NCBI GenBank assembly: GCA_963792415.1
Contig: CAWBVY010000006.1
Location: 576,001-640,000, forward strand
Direction of reading: 5' to 3'
Length of the DNA stretch: 64,000 nt
Source of the DNA: Candidatus Deferrimicrobiaceae bacterium
GTDB lineage: Bacteria; Desulfobacterota; Deferrimicrobia; Deferrimicrobiales; Deferrimicrobiaceae
The position numbers and the translations under genes were made by a program. A model generated the notes under the pieces. That model had not been told where the DNA came from and searched no databases. It worked only from the letters and a program-made list of their open reading frames with translations. Of the stretch, positions 29,665-38,492 are shown one piece after another; the first letter of the stretch is position 1, and each line of letters starts with the position of its first letter.

Positions 29665-30581
29665 CAGTCGTTCCTGTAATCGTAGGTGGCCAGGTCCAGG
29701 TGGATGTCTTCCGCGTACTCCTGGATGATGTGGTACTCCTCGTTCCGGGTTTCGATGAACCTCCGCGCGCCGAACCGCTCCAGCACCTTTTTTCCGTCCG
29801 GGTCCAGGTTCATCTTGAGGAGTACATCCTTCAACCGGTCCCGCACCGACGCGTCGATATCCTTCCTGAGGGCGAGGGCGTTTTCCGGCACGTCGGGGGA
29901 CCTCTCGAGGACGATCAACTCTTTCATGATCCGCGGGTTGGCCTTCGCGAGCCGCTCGAACACCGTGTTCTTCGCCGCGCCGATATCGGCCTTCCGTTCG
30001 AGAACGTCGGAGATGGCGTCCTCGTGCGTCCCGGCGAAATAGGCCTCCTTCAGGTATCTCTTGTAATTCGATATCCCGTTTTTATGGAAATATTCGAGCG
30101 GGAGGAGGTACCCGGCCGTGGTCGCCTTGTCCACGAAGGCGAACCGTTTCCCCTTCATGTCGCGGGCGGTCCGGATGGAGCTGTCTTTCCGGACGAAGAT
30201 CAGCCCGTGGTAGGTGGAGGTGTTGTCGGGCGCCACCGGCCGCGCGAGGACCTCCACCCCGACCTTCGCGTGGGCCAGCGTGTAGGTGAAGCTGCCGAAA
30301 AAGGCGCCGTCAAGGCCGGAGGAGTTGAAATTGTCGACGATGTTCCCGTACCGGGGGAGGATCATCAACTTCATCTTCGTGGCGGTTTTCCGGTGGAGAT
30401 ACTCCATCAAAGGCTCGTACCGCTCCATCTGCTTGAAGATGTTCTGCTCCGGGATCAGGCCGATCCGCAACTCCTTGACGGGGGGCTTCTCCGCGGGGGC
30501 CGGCGGCGCCTGCGGGGAACAGGCCGCGAGGAGCGGAAGGCCCAGCACGAGCAGGGTGCAGGCGATCGGTCGGTTTCGCAT
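29664..30581 (-). CDS. PhnD-like phosphate/phosphonate-binding lipoprotein with no adjacent permease
   Basis: LAAC lipobox; LRIGLIPEQ, FAFVDKATTAGYLLP, FAGTHEDA. Confidence 0.85.
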   Translation of the reverse strand: MRNRPIACTLLVLGLPLLAACSPQAPPAPAEKPPVKELRIGLIPEQNIFKQMERYEPLMEYLHRKTATKMKLMILPRYGNIVDNFNSSGLDGAFFGSFTYTLAHAKVGVEVLARPVAPDNTSTYHGLIFVRKDSSIRTARDMKGKRFAFVDKATTAGYLLPLEYFHKNGISNYKRYLKEAYFAGTHEDAISDVLERKADIGAAKNTVFERLAKANPRIMKELIVLERSPDVPENALALRKDIDASVRDRLKDVLLKMNLDPDGKKVLERFGARRFIETRNEEYHIIQEYAEDIHLDLATYDYRND

Positions 30582-30645
30582 CGCGACATAGTAGCATGAA
30601 GTTCGGGAGCGACGGCAAGGGCGGCATGCACCGCCATGGTTCGAT

Positions 30646-32496
30646 TCAGGCCCCGGGGGCCTCCTCGAACTGCAGGGCGTACAGCCGCCGGTAGATCCCC
30701 CCCGCGGCCATCAGTTCCTCGTGCGTCCCCGTCTCCCGCACCTTCCCCTTGTGCATCACGAGGATCCGGTCGGCGGACAGGACCGTCGACAGCCGGTGGG
30801 CGACGACGAGGGCGGTCCGCCCGGGAAGGATCCCGGACAGCGCCTCCTGGATCCGGCCCTCCGTCACGGGATCGACGCTCGACGTCGCCTCGTCCAGCAG
30901 GAGGACGCGCGGCTCCCGCGCCAGCGCGCGGGCGAACGACACCATCTGGCGCTGCCCCGTCGACAGCCGCACCCCCCGCTCCCCCACGTCCGTCGCCAGC
31001 CCCTCGGACCATTCCCGGGTGAACCGTTCCACGCCGATCGCCGACAGCGCGGCCCCGACCGCCTCGCCGCCCGCCGCGACGTTCTCCCGCACCGTCCCGG
31101 AGAAGAGGAACGGATCCTGTAGGACGAGGGCGAGCGACCCGCGCAGCTCTTCCCGCGGGATCTCGCGGATGTCCCGACCGAAGAGCAGGATCTTCCCGCG
31201 GCGGATCTCGTAGAAGCGGCACAGCAGGGAGAGGATCGTCGTCTTTCCCGCCCCCGTCGCCCCCACGATCGCCCCCGTCTGCCCTTCCTCGAGAACGAAG
31301 GAGACACCGCGAAGGACCGGCGGCCCCTCCTCTCCCCCTCCCGCCTCTGCGCCGACGGATCGGGGGTAGGAGAACCAGACGTCCCGGAACTCGATCGCGG
31401 GGACGGCGAGACCGGAGGGGAGCGGGGACGGCGCCGGCCGTGCATCGGGCCCGGATTCCGGTCGGACTTCCGCGTATTCGGGGGATACCTCCTCGTCGAG
31501 GAACCGGAAGATCCGCTCCGAGGAGGCCAGCGCCGTCTGCAGGATGTTGTACTTGTCGCTCATGTCCTTGATCGGGTCGTAGAACCTTCGGGCGTATTCG
31601 AGGAACGCCACGAGCGTCCCGAAGGTGAGGGCACCGGACAGCAGGCCGACGCCGCCGCGCCACAGCAGGAGCGCCACCGCGATCGAGGCGAGCATCTCCA
31701 CGCCCGGGAAGTAGACGGAGTAGAGGTTGGTGAGCCGGACGCTCTCCGCGGCGTACTCCCCGTTCAACCCGTCGAACCTCCGCTCCGACTTCCCCTCCCT
31801 TCCGAACGCCTTGACCACCGCCACCCCGGTCACATGCTCCTGCAGGAAGGCGTTCATCCGCGCGAGCTTCCGCCGCATCTCCCGGTTCGCCTCGCGGATC
31901 CTCTTCTTCATCAGTTCGACGAACAGCACGAGGACGGGGAGGACGGCGAATGTGACGAGCGCCAGGCGCGGGTCCATCCAGAGCAGGATCGCGGTCGTGC
32001 CCGCCAGTACCGCGACGTCGCCGATCGTCGAGACGAGACCGGAGGAGAGGAGTTCCTGGAGCGCCTCGACGTCGGAGGTCAGGCGCGTCATGAGTCTCCC
32101 GGTCGGCGTGCGGTCGAAGAAGACGACGGGGAGCCGCTGCATCCGCGCGAACATCTCCCGGCGCAGGGCGAGGATCACCCGCTGCCCGAGGATCGACACG
32201 GTGTACATCTGCAGGAAGAGGAACCCCATCGCGCCGACAAGGGCCGCGAAGTACAGGAGGACCCAGCGCCCCATCCCGGACAGCTGACCGGTCATCACGT
32301 TCCGGTCGATGACGATCTTGATGAGGTACGGCCCCGCCAATTGGCATGCGGTCCCGCAGAGGAGCGCGGCCAGCGCCGCGGCGAGGAGACGCCGATGAGG
32401 AACGACGTACCGCAGGAGACGCCCGAGGAGACGCCGGTCGATCCCCCGGGTTTCGACGCGGTCGTCCGTGAAGAAGTCGTCCGGCCCGTGCCTCAC
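30646..32496 (-). CDS. ABC exporter, permease + ATPase (heterodimer subunit)
   Basis: GATGAGKT, LSTGQRQ, LLLDEAT, AHRL; GTG start 32496. Confidence 0.92.
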   Translation of the reverse strand: MRHGPDDFFTDDRVETRGIDRRLLGRLLRYVVPHRRLLAAALAALLCGTACQLAGPYLIKIVIDRNVMTGQLSGMGRWVLLYFAALVGAMGFLFLQMYTVSILGQRVILALRREMFARMQRLPVVFFDRTPTGRLMTRLTSDVEALQELLSSGLVSTIGDVAVLAGTTAILLWMDPRLALVTFAVLPVLVLFVELMKKRIREANREMRRKLARMNAFLQEHVTGVAVVKAFGREGKSERRFDGLNGEYAAESVRLTNLYSVYFPGVEMLASIAVALLLWRGGVGLLSGALTFGTLVAFLEYARRFYDPIKDMSDKYNILQTALASSERIFRFLDEEVSPEYAEVRPESGPDARPAPSPLPSGLAVPAIEFRDVWFSYPRSVGAEAGGGEEGPPVLRGVSFVLEEGQTGAIVGATGAGKTTILSLLCRFYEIRRGKILLFGRDIREIPREELRGSLALVLQDPFLFSGTVRENVAAGGEAVGAALSAIGVERFTREWSEGLATDVGERGVRLSTGQRQMVSFARALAREPRVLLLDEATSSVDPVTEGRIQEALSGILPGRTALVVAHRLSTVLSADRILVMHKGKVRETGTHEELMAAGGIYRRLYALQFEEAPGA

Positions 32497-34295
32497 GACG
32501 ACTCCTCCAGCTCCCGGGCGAGCATCTGGCGGGAATACAGGTCGAAGTAGGCGCCGCGCAGGGAAAGAAGGTCGTCGTGCGTCCCCTCCTCGGCGATCCG
32601 GCCGTCCGCCAGCACGAGGATCCGGTCGCACCGGGAGAGGGAGGCCATCCGGTGCGTGCTGAACAGGACGGTCCGCTCCCCCTTTTCCGAGAGGATCCCC
32701 TCGAAGATCTCCCGCTCCGTCTCGGCGTCCACGGCGGAGAGGGCGTCGTCCAGCAGCAGGATCCTTGCTTCGGCGCACAGCGCGCGGGCGATCGTGGCCC
32801 GCTGCTTCTGCCCCCCCGAGAGCGAGATCCCCCGCTCCCCCACGACGGTGTCGAACCCGTCCGGCATCTCCTCGACCTCGGCGAGGAAGCGGGCGAGGCC
32901 GGTCGCCTTCCTCGCGGCGTCCGGATCGGTCCGTTCCAGGCCGAAGCAGACGTTCTCGAGGACGGAGTCGGAGAAGAGGAACGGGTCCTGGGAGACGACG
33001 GCGAAGCGGCGGCGCAGTTCGGGAAGCGGGATCGCCGACGCGTCGATCCCTTCGAGGAAGACCGTTCCGGGCGGCGCGGGGTAGAGTCCGGAGAGCACGG
33101 AGAAGAGCGTGCTCTTCCCGCCGCCCGTGGGCCCGACCAGCCCCAGCACTTCCCCTTTCCCCGCGGAGAAGGAGACGCCCCGGAGCGCCTCCCCCCTCCC
33201 GTCGCCCCCGTGGGAGAAGGCCAGGCCGCGGACCTCCAGGAGCGGCGGCTCGGCGATCCCCGATTCCGGCGCATCCCCGATCGGCGGCGTCCCCGCCGCC
33301 GCGGGCTGCGTACCGTCTTCGGAAAACTCCACGGGCAGCCGCAGGAACTCGTTGATCCGTCCCATGGCGGAGCTCCCCCGCTGGAAGAGGTTGATCACCC
33401 ACCCCATCGCCATCGTCGGGAAGGAGAGCATCGCGAGGTACGCGTTGAAGGCGACGAACCCCCCGAGGGTGAGGTCGCCCCTGGCGACGGCCGCTCCACC
33501 GAGGAACAGGACGAGGGCGACGCCCGCGCCGGCGAGCAGGCCGATCGCCCCGTGGAACGCCGCGGAGGTTCGCGCGACGGCCAGGTTGTGCCGGTAATAC
33601 CGCTCGCACTCCGCGGAGAACCGCTCCTCCTCCCGCGCCTCGAGGGTGAACGCCTTCACCAGGCGGATCCCGGAGACGTTCTCCTGCAGCGCCCCGTTCA
33701 TCGAGGCGAGCGACTCCTGGACCAGGCGATGCCGCCGGTGGAAGGCGCGCCCGTACTCCCGGGAGAGGTACACTACCGCGGGGGCGATCAGCAGCGAGAC
33801 GAAGGTGAGCGTGGGACTGATCCGGAGCATGAATGCGATCGCGAGCAGCCACGAGATGACGGTCCCGACGAGCATGAGCAGGCCGGGGCCGAGGAAGAGC
33901 CACACGGCGGTGAGGTCGTTCGTCAGGCGTGACATCACGTCCCCGGTCGGGGTCGCGTGGAAGAAACGGATCGGGAGGCGAAGCACGTGGGAGAAGAGGC
34001 GCCTCCGCACCTCCTGTTCCACGTCCCGCGCGGCCACGAACAGCGACCGGCGCGAAAGGAACCGGAAGACGGCGTGCAGGATCGAGAAGAGGATCATGAG
34101 CCCGACGGCGCGAAGAAGAGGGCCCGCGCCGGGGGGGCCGCCCCCCCGCGTGGCGGATACGGCGTCCACCGCCTCCCGGGTCATCCAGGGGACGAGGAGA
34201 CCGAAGACGCTGGCGACGAGGAGACCGAGGACGCACAGGGCGTACACCCGCCGCCGCGTGGCGAGGTGCGGGCGCAGGGTGAGCAGCTCGCGAAT
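32493..34295 (-). CDS. ABC exporter, permease + ATPase (heterodimer subunit with degenerate Walker B DD)
   Basis: GPTGGGKS, LSGGQKQ, LLLDDA; start either GTG 34247 or ATT 34295. Confidence 0.9.
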   Translation of the reverse strand: MRELLTLRPHLATRRRVYALCVLGLLVASVFGLLVPWMTREAVDAVSATRGGGPPGAGPLLRAVGLMILFSILHAVFRFLSRRSLFVAARDVEQEVRRRLFSHVLRLPIRFFHATPTGDVMSRLTNDLTAVWLFLGPGLLMLVGTVISWLLAIAFMLRISPTLTFVSLLIAPAVVYLSREYGRAFHRRHRLVQESLASMNGALQENVSGIRLVKAFTLEAREEERFSAECERYYRHNLAVARTSAAFHGAIGLLAGAGVALVLFLGGAAVARGDLTLGGFVAFNAYLAMLSFPTMAMGWVINLFQRGSSAMGRINEFLRLPVEFSEDGTQPAAAGTPPIGDAPESGIAEPPLLEVRGLAFSHGGDGRGEALRGVSFSAGKGEVLGLVGPTGGGKSTLFSVLSGLYPAPPGTVFLEGIDASAIPLPELRRRFAVVSQDPFLFSDSVLENVCFGLERTDPDAARKATGLARFLAEVEEMPDGFDTVVGERGISLSGGQKQRATIARALCAEARILLLDDALSAVDAETEREIFEGILSEKGERTVLFSTHRMASLSRCDRILVLADGRIAEEGTHDDLLSLRGAYFDLYSRQMLARELEESS

Positions 34296-34298
34296 CGC

Positions 34299-35132
34299 TT
34301 AGCCCCTGCCGATCGGGAACGGATCGAGGGTGAAGCAGAGAAGGAACAGGAGGCACGCCGCCGCGCCGAATGCGCGCCGCGCCGGAGTCAGCGGGACCTC
34401 CTCGGCCATCGGCCTCGGGTGCCCCGTCCCCATGACGAAGAGGAGCACCGCCCAGACGAACCAGCCGTTCCCCGCGAGGCCCATCAGTAGGAGCGCGTAG
34501 GGGATCAGCCGGGCGACCTCCGAGAACCGCTCCCCGAACAGGGCGAAGGCGACGTGCCCGCCGTCGAGCTGTCCCGCGGGGATGAGGTTCAGCATGGTGA
34601 TGTACAACCCGAGCCAGCCCGCGTACGCAACGGGGTGGAGGATCACGTCGTACCCCGCGGGGATCTCTCCCAGGACGACCCGCGAGAGGATCTTGAACAG
34701 CAGGGACTCTCCGAGGGGCACCCCGAGGGCGCCCGTCGTCTTCCGCACTTCGGAAATGGCGAGACCGGCGATCAGCACGGGAATCGCGACCAACGCTCCG
34801 GCCAGCGGTCCCGCGGCGCCGATGTCCATGAGGGCGTTCCGGTCCGGGAACGGCGATTTCAGCTTGATCACTGCCCCCATCGTTCCCGGCAGCGGCGGGA
34901 TCGGGAGGAAGGGGATGAAGAACGGCAGGGAGACCCGGACGCGGTGCCGGCGCGCCGCCGTGTAGTGCCCCATCTCGTGCACCCCGAGAATCGACAGCAG
35001 CGGGACGTTGAACACGAGGCCGAGAAGCAGGTCCGCGGGGCGTGCGAGAGGATTCCCCCCGGCGAGGAACGACCCGGCGAACAGCGTCGTTACGAAGGTG
35101 GCCAGAAGCAGCAGGGTCGGTACCGTTGGAAT
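34299..35132 (-). CDS. Site-2 protease (M50)
   Basis: HEMGH and NLIPAGQLDGGH; the frame stays open and hydrophobic upstream of GTG 35015 to ATT 35132. Confidence 0.9.
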   Translation of the reverse strand: MPTVPTLLLLATFVTTLFAGSFLAGGNPLARPADLLLGLVFNVPLLSILGVHEMGHYTAARRHRVRVSLPFFIPFLPIPPLPGTMGAVIKLKSPFPDRNALMDIGAAGPLAGALVAIPVLIAGLAISEVRKTTGALGVPLGESLLFKILSRVVLGEIPAGYDVILHPVAYAGWLGLYITMLNLIPAGQLDGGHVAFALFGERFSEVARLIPYALLLMGLAGNGWFVWAVLLFVMGTGHPRPMAEEVPLTPARRAFGAAACLLFLLCFTLDPFPIGRG

Positions 35133-35208
35133 CTCTCCTTCCCCTTCGGGGAAAAATCCGGTGTACTATCCCCTGTTAAGATCACCGACAGGAGGGGCGG
35201 GTTCCCTG

Positions 35209-35772
35209 GTGCGGCTCCTTTGCGACATCCCGTCGGGCACGGAAGCGCTGGTCCATATCTGCTGCGCCCCCGACGCATCATACGGCATTCGCGCGTTGCG
35301 GGACCGGTTCGACGTCACCGGCTTCTTTTATAACCCAAACATTCACCCCCGGGAAGAGATCCGGAAGCGGCTCCAGGCGGCCTTCGAACTTCACGAGAAG
35401 GACCCCTTCTCCCTGGTGGTAGGCACCGGCGGCGAGGAGTCGTGGGAAGAGGCCGCCCGGGGGATGGAGGCCGAACCCGAGCGGGGGCGTCGGTGCGAGG
35501 CGTGCGTCCGGCTTCGCCTTCGGGAAACAGCGAGGAAAGCCGCGGAACTCGGGATGCCCGCCTTCGGCACGGTGCTGACCGTCAGCCCGAAGAAGGACGC
35601 CGCAATGGTGAACCGCGTGGGACGCGAGGAGGGGGAGCGCTCCGGGGTCCGCTTCGTCGAGGCGGACCTGAAAAAGGGGGACGGGTACCTCAAAAGCGTC
35701 CGCGCCAGCAGGGAGTTGGGGCTCTATCGCCAGAGCTACTGCGGGTGCAGGTACTCCATAAATGGGAAATGA
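35209..35772 (+). CDS. queH: Epoxyqueuosine reductase QueH
   Basis: HICCAP, FYNPNIHP, PERGRRCEAC, LYRQSYCGC. Confidence 0.9.
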   Translation: MRLLCDIPSGTEALVHICCAPDASYGIRALRDRFDVTGFFYNPNIHPREEIRKRLQAAFELHEKDPFSLVVGTGGEESWEEAARGMEAEPERGRRCEACVRLRLRETARKAAELGMPAFGTVLTVSPKKDAAMVNRVGREEGERSGVRFVEADLKKGDGYLKSVRASRELGLYRQSYCGCRYSINGK

Positions 35773-35817
35773 CTGCCCTCCTTCGCTCCGTGACACAACA
35801 GAAATACCGAAGTCCCG

Positions 35818-35846
35818 GAGCTACGGAGGGCTATCCTCCGTAGCTC
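35818..35846. terminator. 12-bp-stem hairpin between convergent queH and selC
   Basis: gagctacggagg-gctat-cctccgtagctc. Confidence 0.6.
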
Positions 35847-35887
35847 GAAATTTCCAGGGTTTTATTATAATTTCGAGCGAAGGAGGA

Positions 35888-35983
35888 TGGCGGAAGCGTG
35901 AGGGAATCGAACCCACCGGAGACGTTTCCGCCTCCCGACCGGATTTGAAGTCCGGGGGGGCCACCAGCGCCCCATCCGCTTCC
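35888..35983 (-). tRNA. selC: tRNA-Sec (UCA)
   Basis: GGAAGCG.../CGCTTCC-G-CCA acceptor, CCGGA-CTTCAAA-TCCGG anticodon arm, long variable arm, GGTTCGATTCC. Confidence 0.93.
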
Positions 35984-36070
35984 GTCCATTAACCGTTACC
36001 CGTAAGGATTCGTACCCTTCCTGCCGATAATACACCAAATGGAGATTTTCTCGGATGAGGAAAGGAGTGC

Positions 36071-36859
36071 GTGATGCGACGGTTTCTCGCGGTTGTGACG
36101 GCGGCGGGACTCCTTCTCACGGCGGGGAGCGCGTTTGCGCCATCGGCGTTCGCGCTCGGGGCGGGCGTGCGCGGGATGTACTGGGATTCGACGATCTCCG
36201 GAAATGTCCAGACGGTCACCAGTGGCGTTCCCGAAACCGAGTTGGACGTGAAGAGCGACCTGGGGATGAAGGACGAGGGCGTTTTCAACGGGGAGGTTTT
36301 CCTCAAGGCGGGTTCCTTCACCTTCCGTGTCGCGTACACCCCGCTGAAATTCACCGGTTCCGCCGTGTTGTCGCGATCGATCGATTTCGACGGGAACACG
36401 TTCCCGGCGGGGACCCCCGTATCCTCGAAACTCGAGACGAAGATGATCGACGGCGACGTGCAATGGGACCTGCTCAACCCGGACCTCGGAGTGGCCAAGA
36501 TGAACCTCGGCGTCTTCCTGCGTCTGAAATATGTCGACGGCTCCGTGGAGATCTCCAGCGACAACCCCGTGTTGCCGGTTTCCGCCGCGCAGGACTTCCG
36601 GCTCCCGATCCCGGAGGTCGGGGCCGCCGCGGGGATCGGCTTCCTGAAGGACATCGTCCGCGCCGACGCCCGCGTCAGCGGGATGGCGTACTCGGGGAGC
36701 CACCTCTACGAGGGGGACGCCTTCCTCTCGGTGATCCCCTTCCCGTTTCTCCGGCTGCAGGGGGGATACCGGTTCATCGACCTGAAGGCGGACGAGAACG
36801 ACCTCAAGGGCACGCTGAAGATCAAGGGCCCTTACGCGGGGATCCAGGTCGCGTTCTGA
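36071..36859 (+). CDS. Outer-membrane beta-barrel (TIGR04219-like)
   Basis: Signal peptide; LDVKSDLG; ends GPYAGIQVAF. Confidence 0.75.
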   Translation: MMRRFLAVVTAAGLLLTAGSAFAPSAFALGAGVRGMYWDSTISGNVQTVTSGVPETELDVKSDLGMKDEGVFNGEVFLKAGSFTFRVAYTPLKFTGSAVLSRSIDFDGNTFPAGTPVSSKLETKMIDGDVQWDLLNPDLGVAKMNLGVFLRLKYVDGSVEISSDNPVLPVSAAQDFRLPIPEVGAAAGIGFLKDIVRADARVSGMAYSGSHLYEGDAFLSVIPFPFLRLQGGYRFIDLKADENDLKGTLKIKGPYAGIQVAF

Positions 36860-36893
36860 GAGACGGGGTGGGACCCTCCCGGTGAAATTCTCA

Positions 36894-36921
36894 TTGAACG
36901 GATCCCGCGGGAAGGTACAAT
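36894..36921 (+). promoter_or_regulatory. Sigma70 promoter of tRNA-Val
   Basis: TTGAAC-16 nt-TACAAT. Confidence 0.6.
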
Positions 36922-36933
36922 AGGGGTCTCTTT

Positions 36934-37008
36934 GGGCGCTTAACTCAGCGGTAGAGTGCCACCTTCACACGGTGGAAGTCACAGGTTCAAATCCTGTAGC
37001 GCCCACCA
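36934..37008 (+). tRNA. tRNA-Val (CAC)
   Basis: GGGCGCT.../AGCGCCC-A-CCA; CCACC-TTCACAC-GGTGG; GGTTCAAATCC. Confidence 0.96.
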
Positions 37009-37019
37009 CCGGAATACAA

Positions 37020-37050
37020 GGGCTGGCGGGTTTTCCCGTCAGCCCATTTT
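37020..37050 (+). terminator. Intrinsic terminator after tRNA-Val
   Basis: gggctggcggg-tttt-cccgtcagccc followed by atttt. Confidence 0.7.
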
Positions 37051-37265
37051 CTTGCCCTGCTTGCTACTCATTTGAGTCTCTTGTCACACCCTCCCCTTCC
37101 GTCGATCCTGCGCGATCCTCGTTCGTCTACCACGGCTTTGTATGGAGGCCGGAACCATTGTCCATCGCCATCGCCGATTGGCTGATCAAGTGATCTACCG
37201 TTGGAACGTTCGGTGAGAGAGGAATATTCCGTTTCCTTCGTGCCGAAGAGGTACCGCCCGAGCAG

Positions 37266-37538
37266 TTAGTGCGATCCTATATCTCGGGCTAACGCCTTCT
37301 CGATAAGCGCACTCGGAGTGTAACGGTTTATTTGGACTGCCCGTGTATTCCCGCACTGGCAGTCCCATAGAATTGCCCTGATCAGATGAGTCCCGATTGG
37401 ATCGACCAATGCCAGATCTTCTATCCGTCCGCATATCGAGCAGGGGGTTGACTTCGAACCACTGCGGCGTACAGCAATACCCAAAAAAAACATCGCCGCG
37501 CCGACGAGACCGAGACCGAGTAACAGGCGTTCGCGCAC
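37266..37538 (-). CDS. Small membrane-anchored protein with possible Zn ribbon
   Basis: GGGAG SD, one TM, CSIC...CQC. Confidence 0.55.
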   Translation of the reverse strand: MRERLLLGLGLVGAAMFFLGIAVRRSGSKSTPCSICGRIEDLALVDPIGTHLIRAILWDCQCGNTRAVQINRYTPSALIEKALARDIGSH

Positions 37539-37553
37539 AGTACGTTCTCCCTA

Positions 37554-38258
37554 TTCCTGAAGTCCGAAAATGCACCGCCCGTGCAGTTCGCGCCACTTGC
37601 GGTTCGACAGCCGCTCCATCATCCCTACCCTGCGAAGAGTCGGATTCAGACCGAGTGTATAACGTGGGGTGGGATGAAGATAGCGTAAGGTTGGGGGGGG
37701 ACCCCCCGGACACGAACACGGGAACCTCCCCATTTATTTCCACATCCATTCCCTTCCGCTTGTTATAGTCCCCGGTGACGGCAATCTAATTTCGAGGGAC
37801 TGAAATGACCATAGACCGGAAAGGTTTTCTGGCGATTATGCTATACCTGCTGGCGGGGTTTGTCGTCGTTGACGCTATTTATTTTTTTGCATTAAAAGAG
37901 GTTTTCCCCATAAAACCTGTTGAAAACTACAGTAAATACGAGGATGAGAGTGATACGTCGTACAATAAAATGTCTGGGCGGCGCCCAACGCAAAGAATCG
38001 TAAACATGCAAAACAGGAGAAACATTAGAAACCGTAGAAAGTGGTTCAACAAAGTTCTGGTTATCGAGGGGATTGCATACATCGCAATCGGTCTCGTGGG
38101 TGGCGGGTTATTACTGCGGAAGGGGAAGATTGAATGGAAGGGGAAGGCCGTAAAGTGAGGGTGCCGTTGCGGGAAGGTTATTCCCTTTCCTGAAGTCCGA
38201 AAATGCACCGCCCGTGCAGTTCGCGCCGCTTGCGGTTCGACAGCCGCTCCATCATCCC
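37554..38258. repeat. 72-bp direct repeat, two copies (37554-37625 and 38187-38258)
   Basis: ttcctgaagtccgaaaatgcaccgcccgtgcagttcgcgccRcttgcggttcgacagccgctccatcatccc, one mismatch. Confidence 0.92.
37805..38158 (+). CDS. AT-rich two-TM hypothetical protein
   Basis: GAGGG SD; hydrophobic segments at both ends. Confidence 0.6.
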   Translation: MTIDRKGFLAIMLYLLAGFVVVDAIYFFALKEVFPIKPVENYSKYEDESDTSYNKMSGRRPTQRIVNMQNRRNIRNRRKWFNKVLVIEGIAYIAIGLVGGGLLLRKGKIEWKGKAVK

Positions 38259-38492
38259 GTTCATCGCCAGCACATCGCCTACCGTCCCGTGCCTAACCCC
38301 AACATACGCTACCTTGCCAGACCCTGCCGTGCCGTGCCCTGCCATAAAACAGCTTCGAGAGGAGGGGGGCCGGTTCCCGCTTTTTGGGCCCGGTGTTCCT
38401 TCAGTCATATTACTATACTAAAAAATAAGGACATTCGGATTCGGCAGTTCGAGGGCACCGCGGGAATGGCGAACCGCGGGAAAGGAGCATCC

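Noticed and set aside
29664-34295. Phosphonate uptake system
   Set aside because: The neighbouring ABC genes are exporter-type; no phnC or phnE is present.
30646-34356. 1236-aa fused ABC ORF
   Set aside because: The first half is an off-frame read of the 32493-34295 gene; the real gene starts at 32496.
35773-35887. Mobile element integrated at selC
   Set aside because: No integrase or duplicated tRNA 3' end was seen.
37554-37625. Hammerhead ribozyme or integron attC
   Set aside because: CTGAAGT does not fit CUGAnGA, and there are no RYYYAAC/GTTRRRY ends or integrase.
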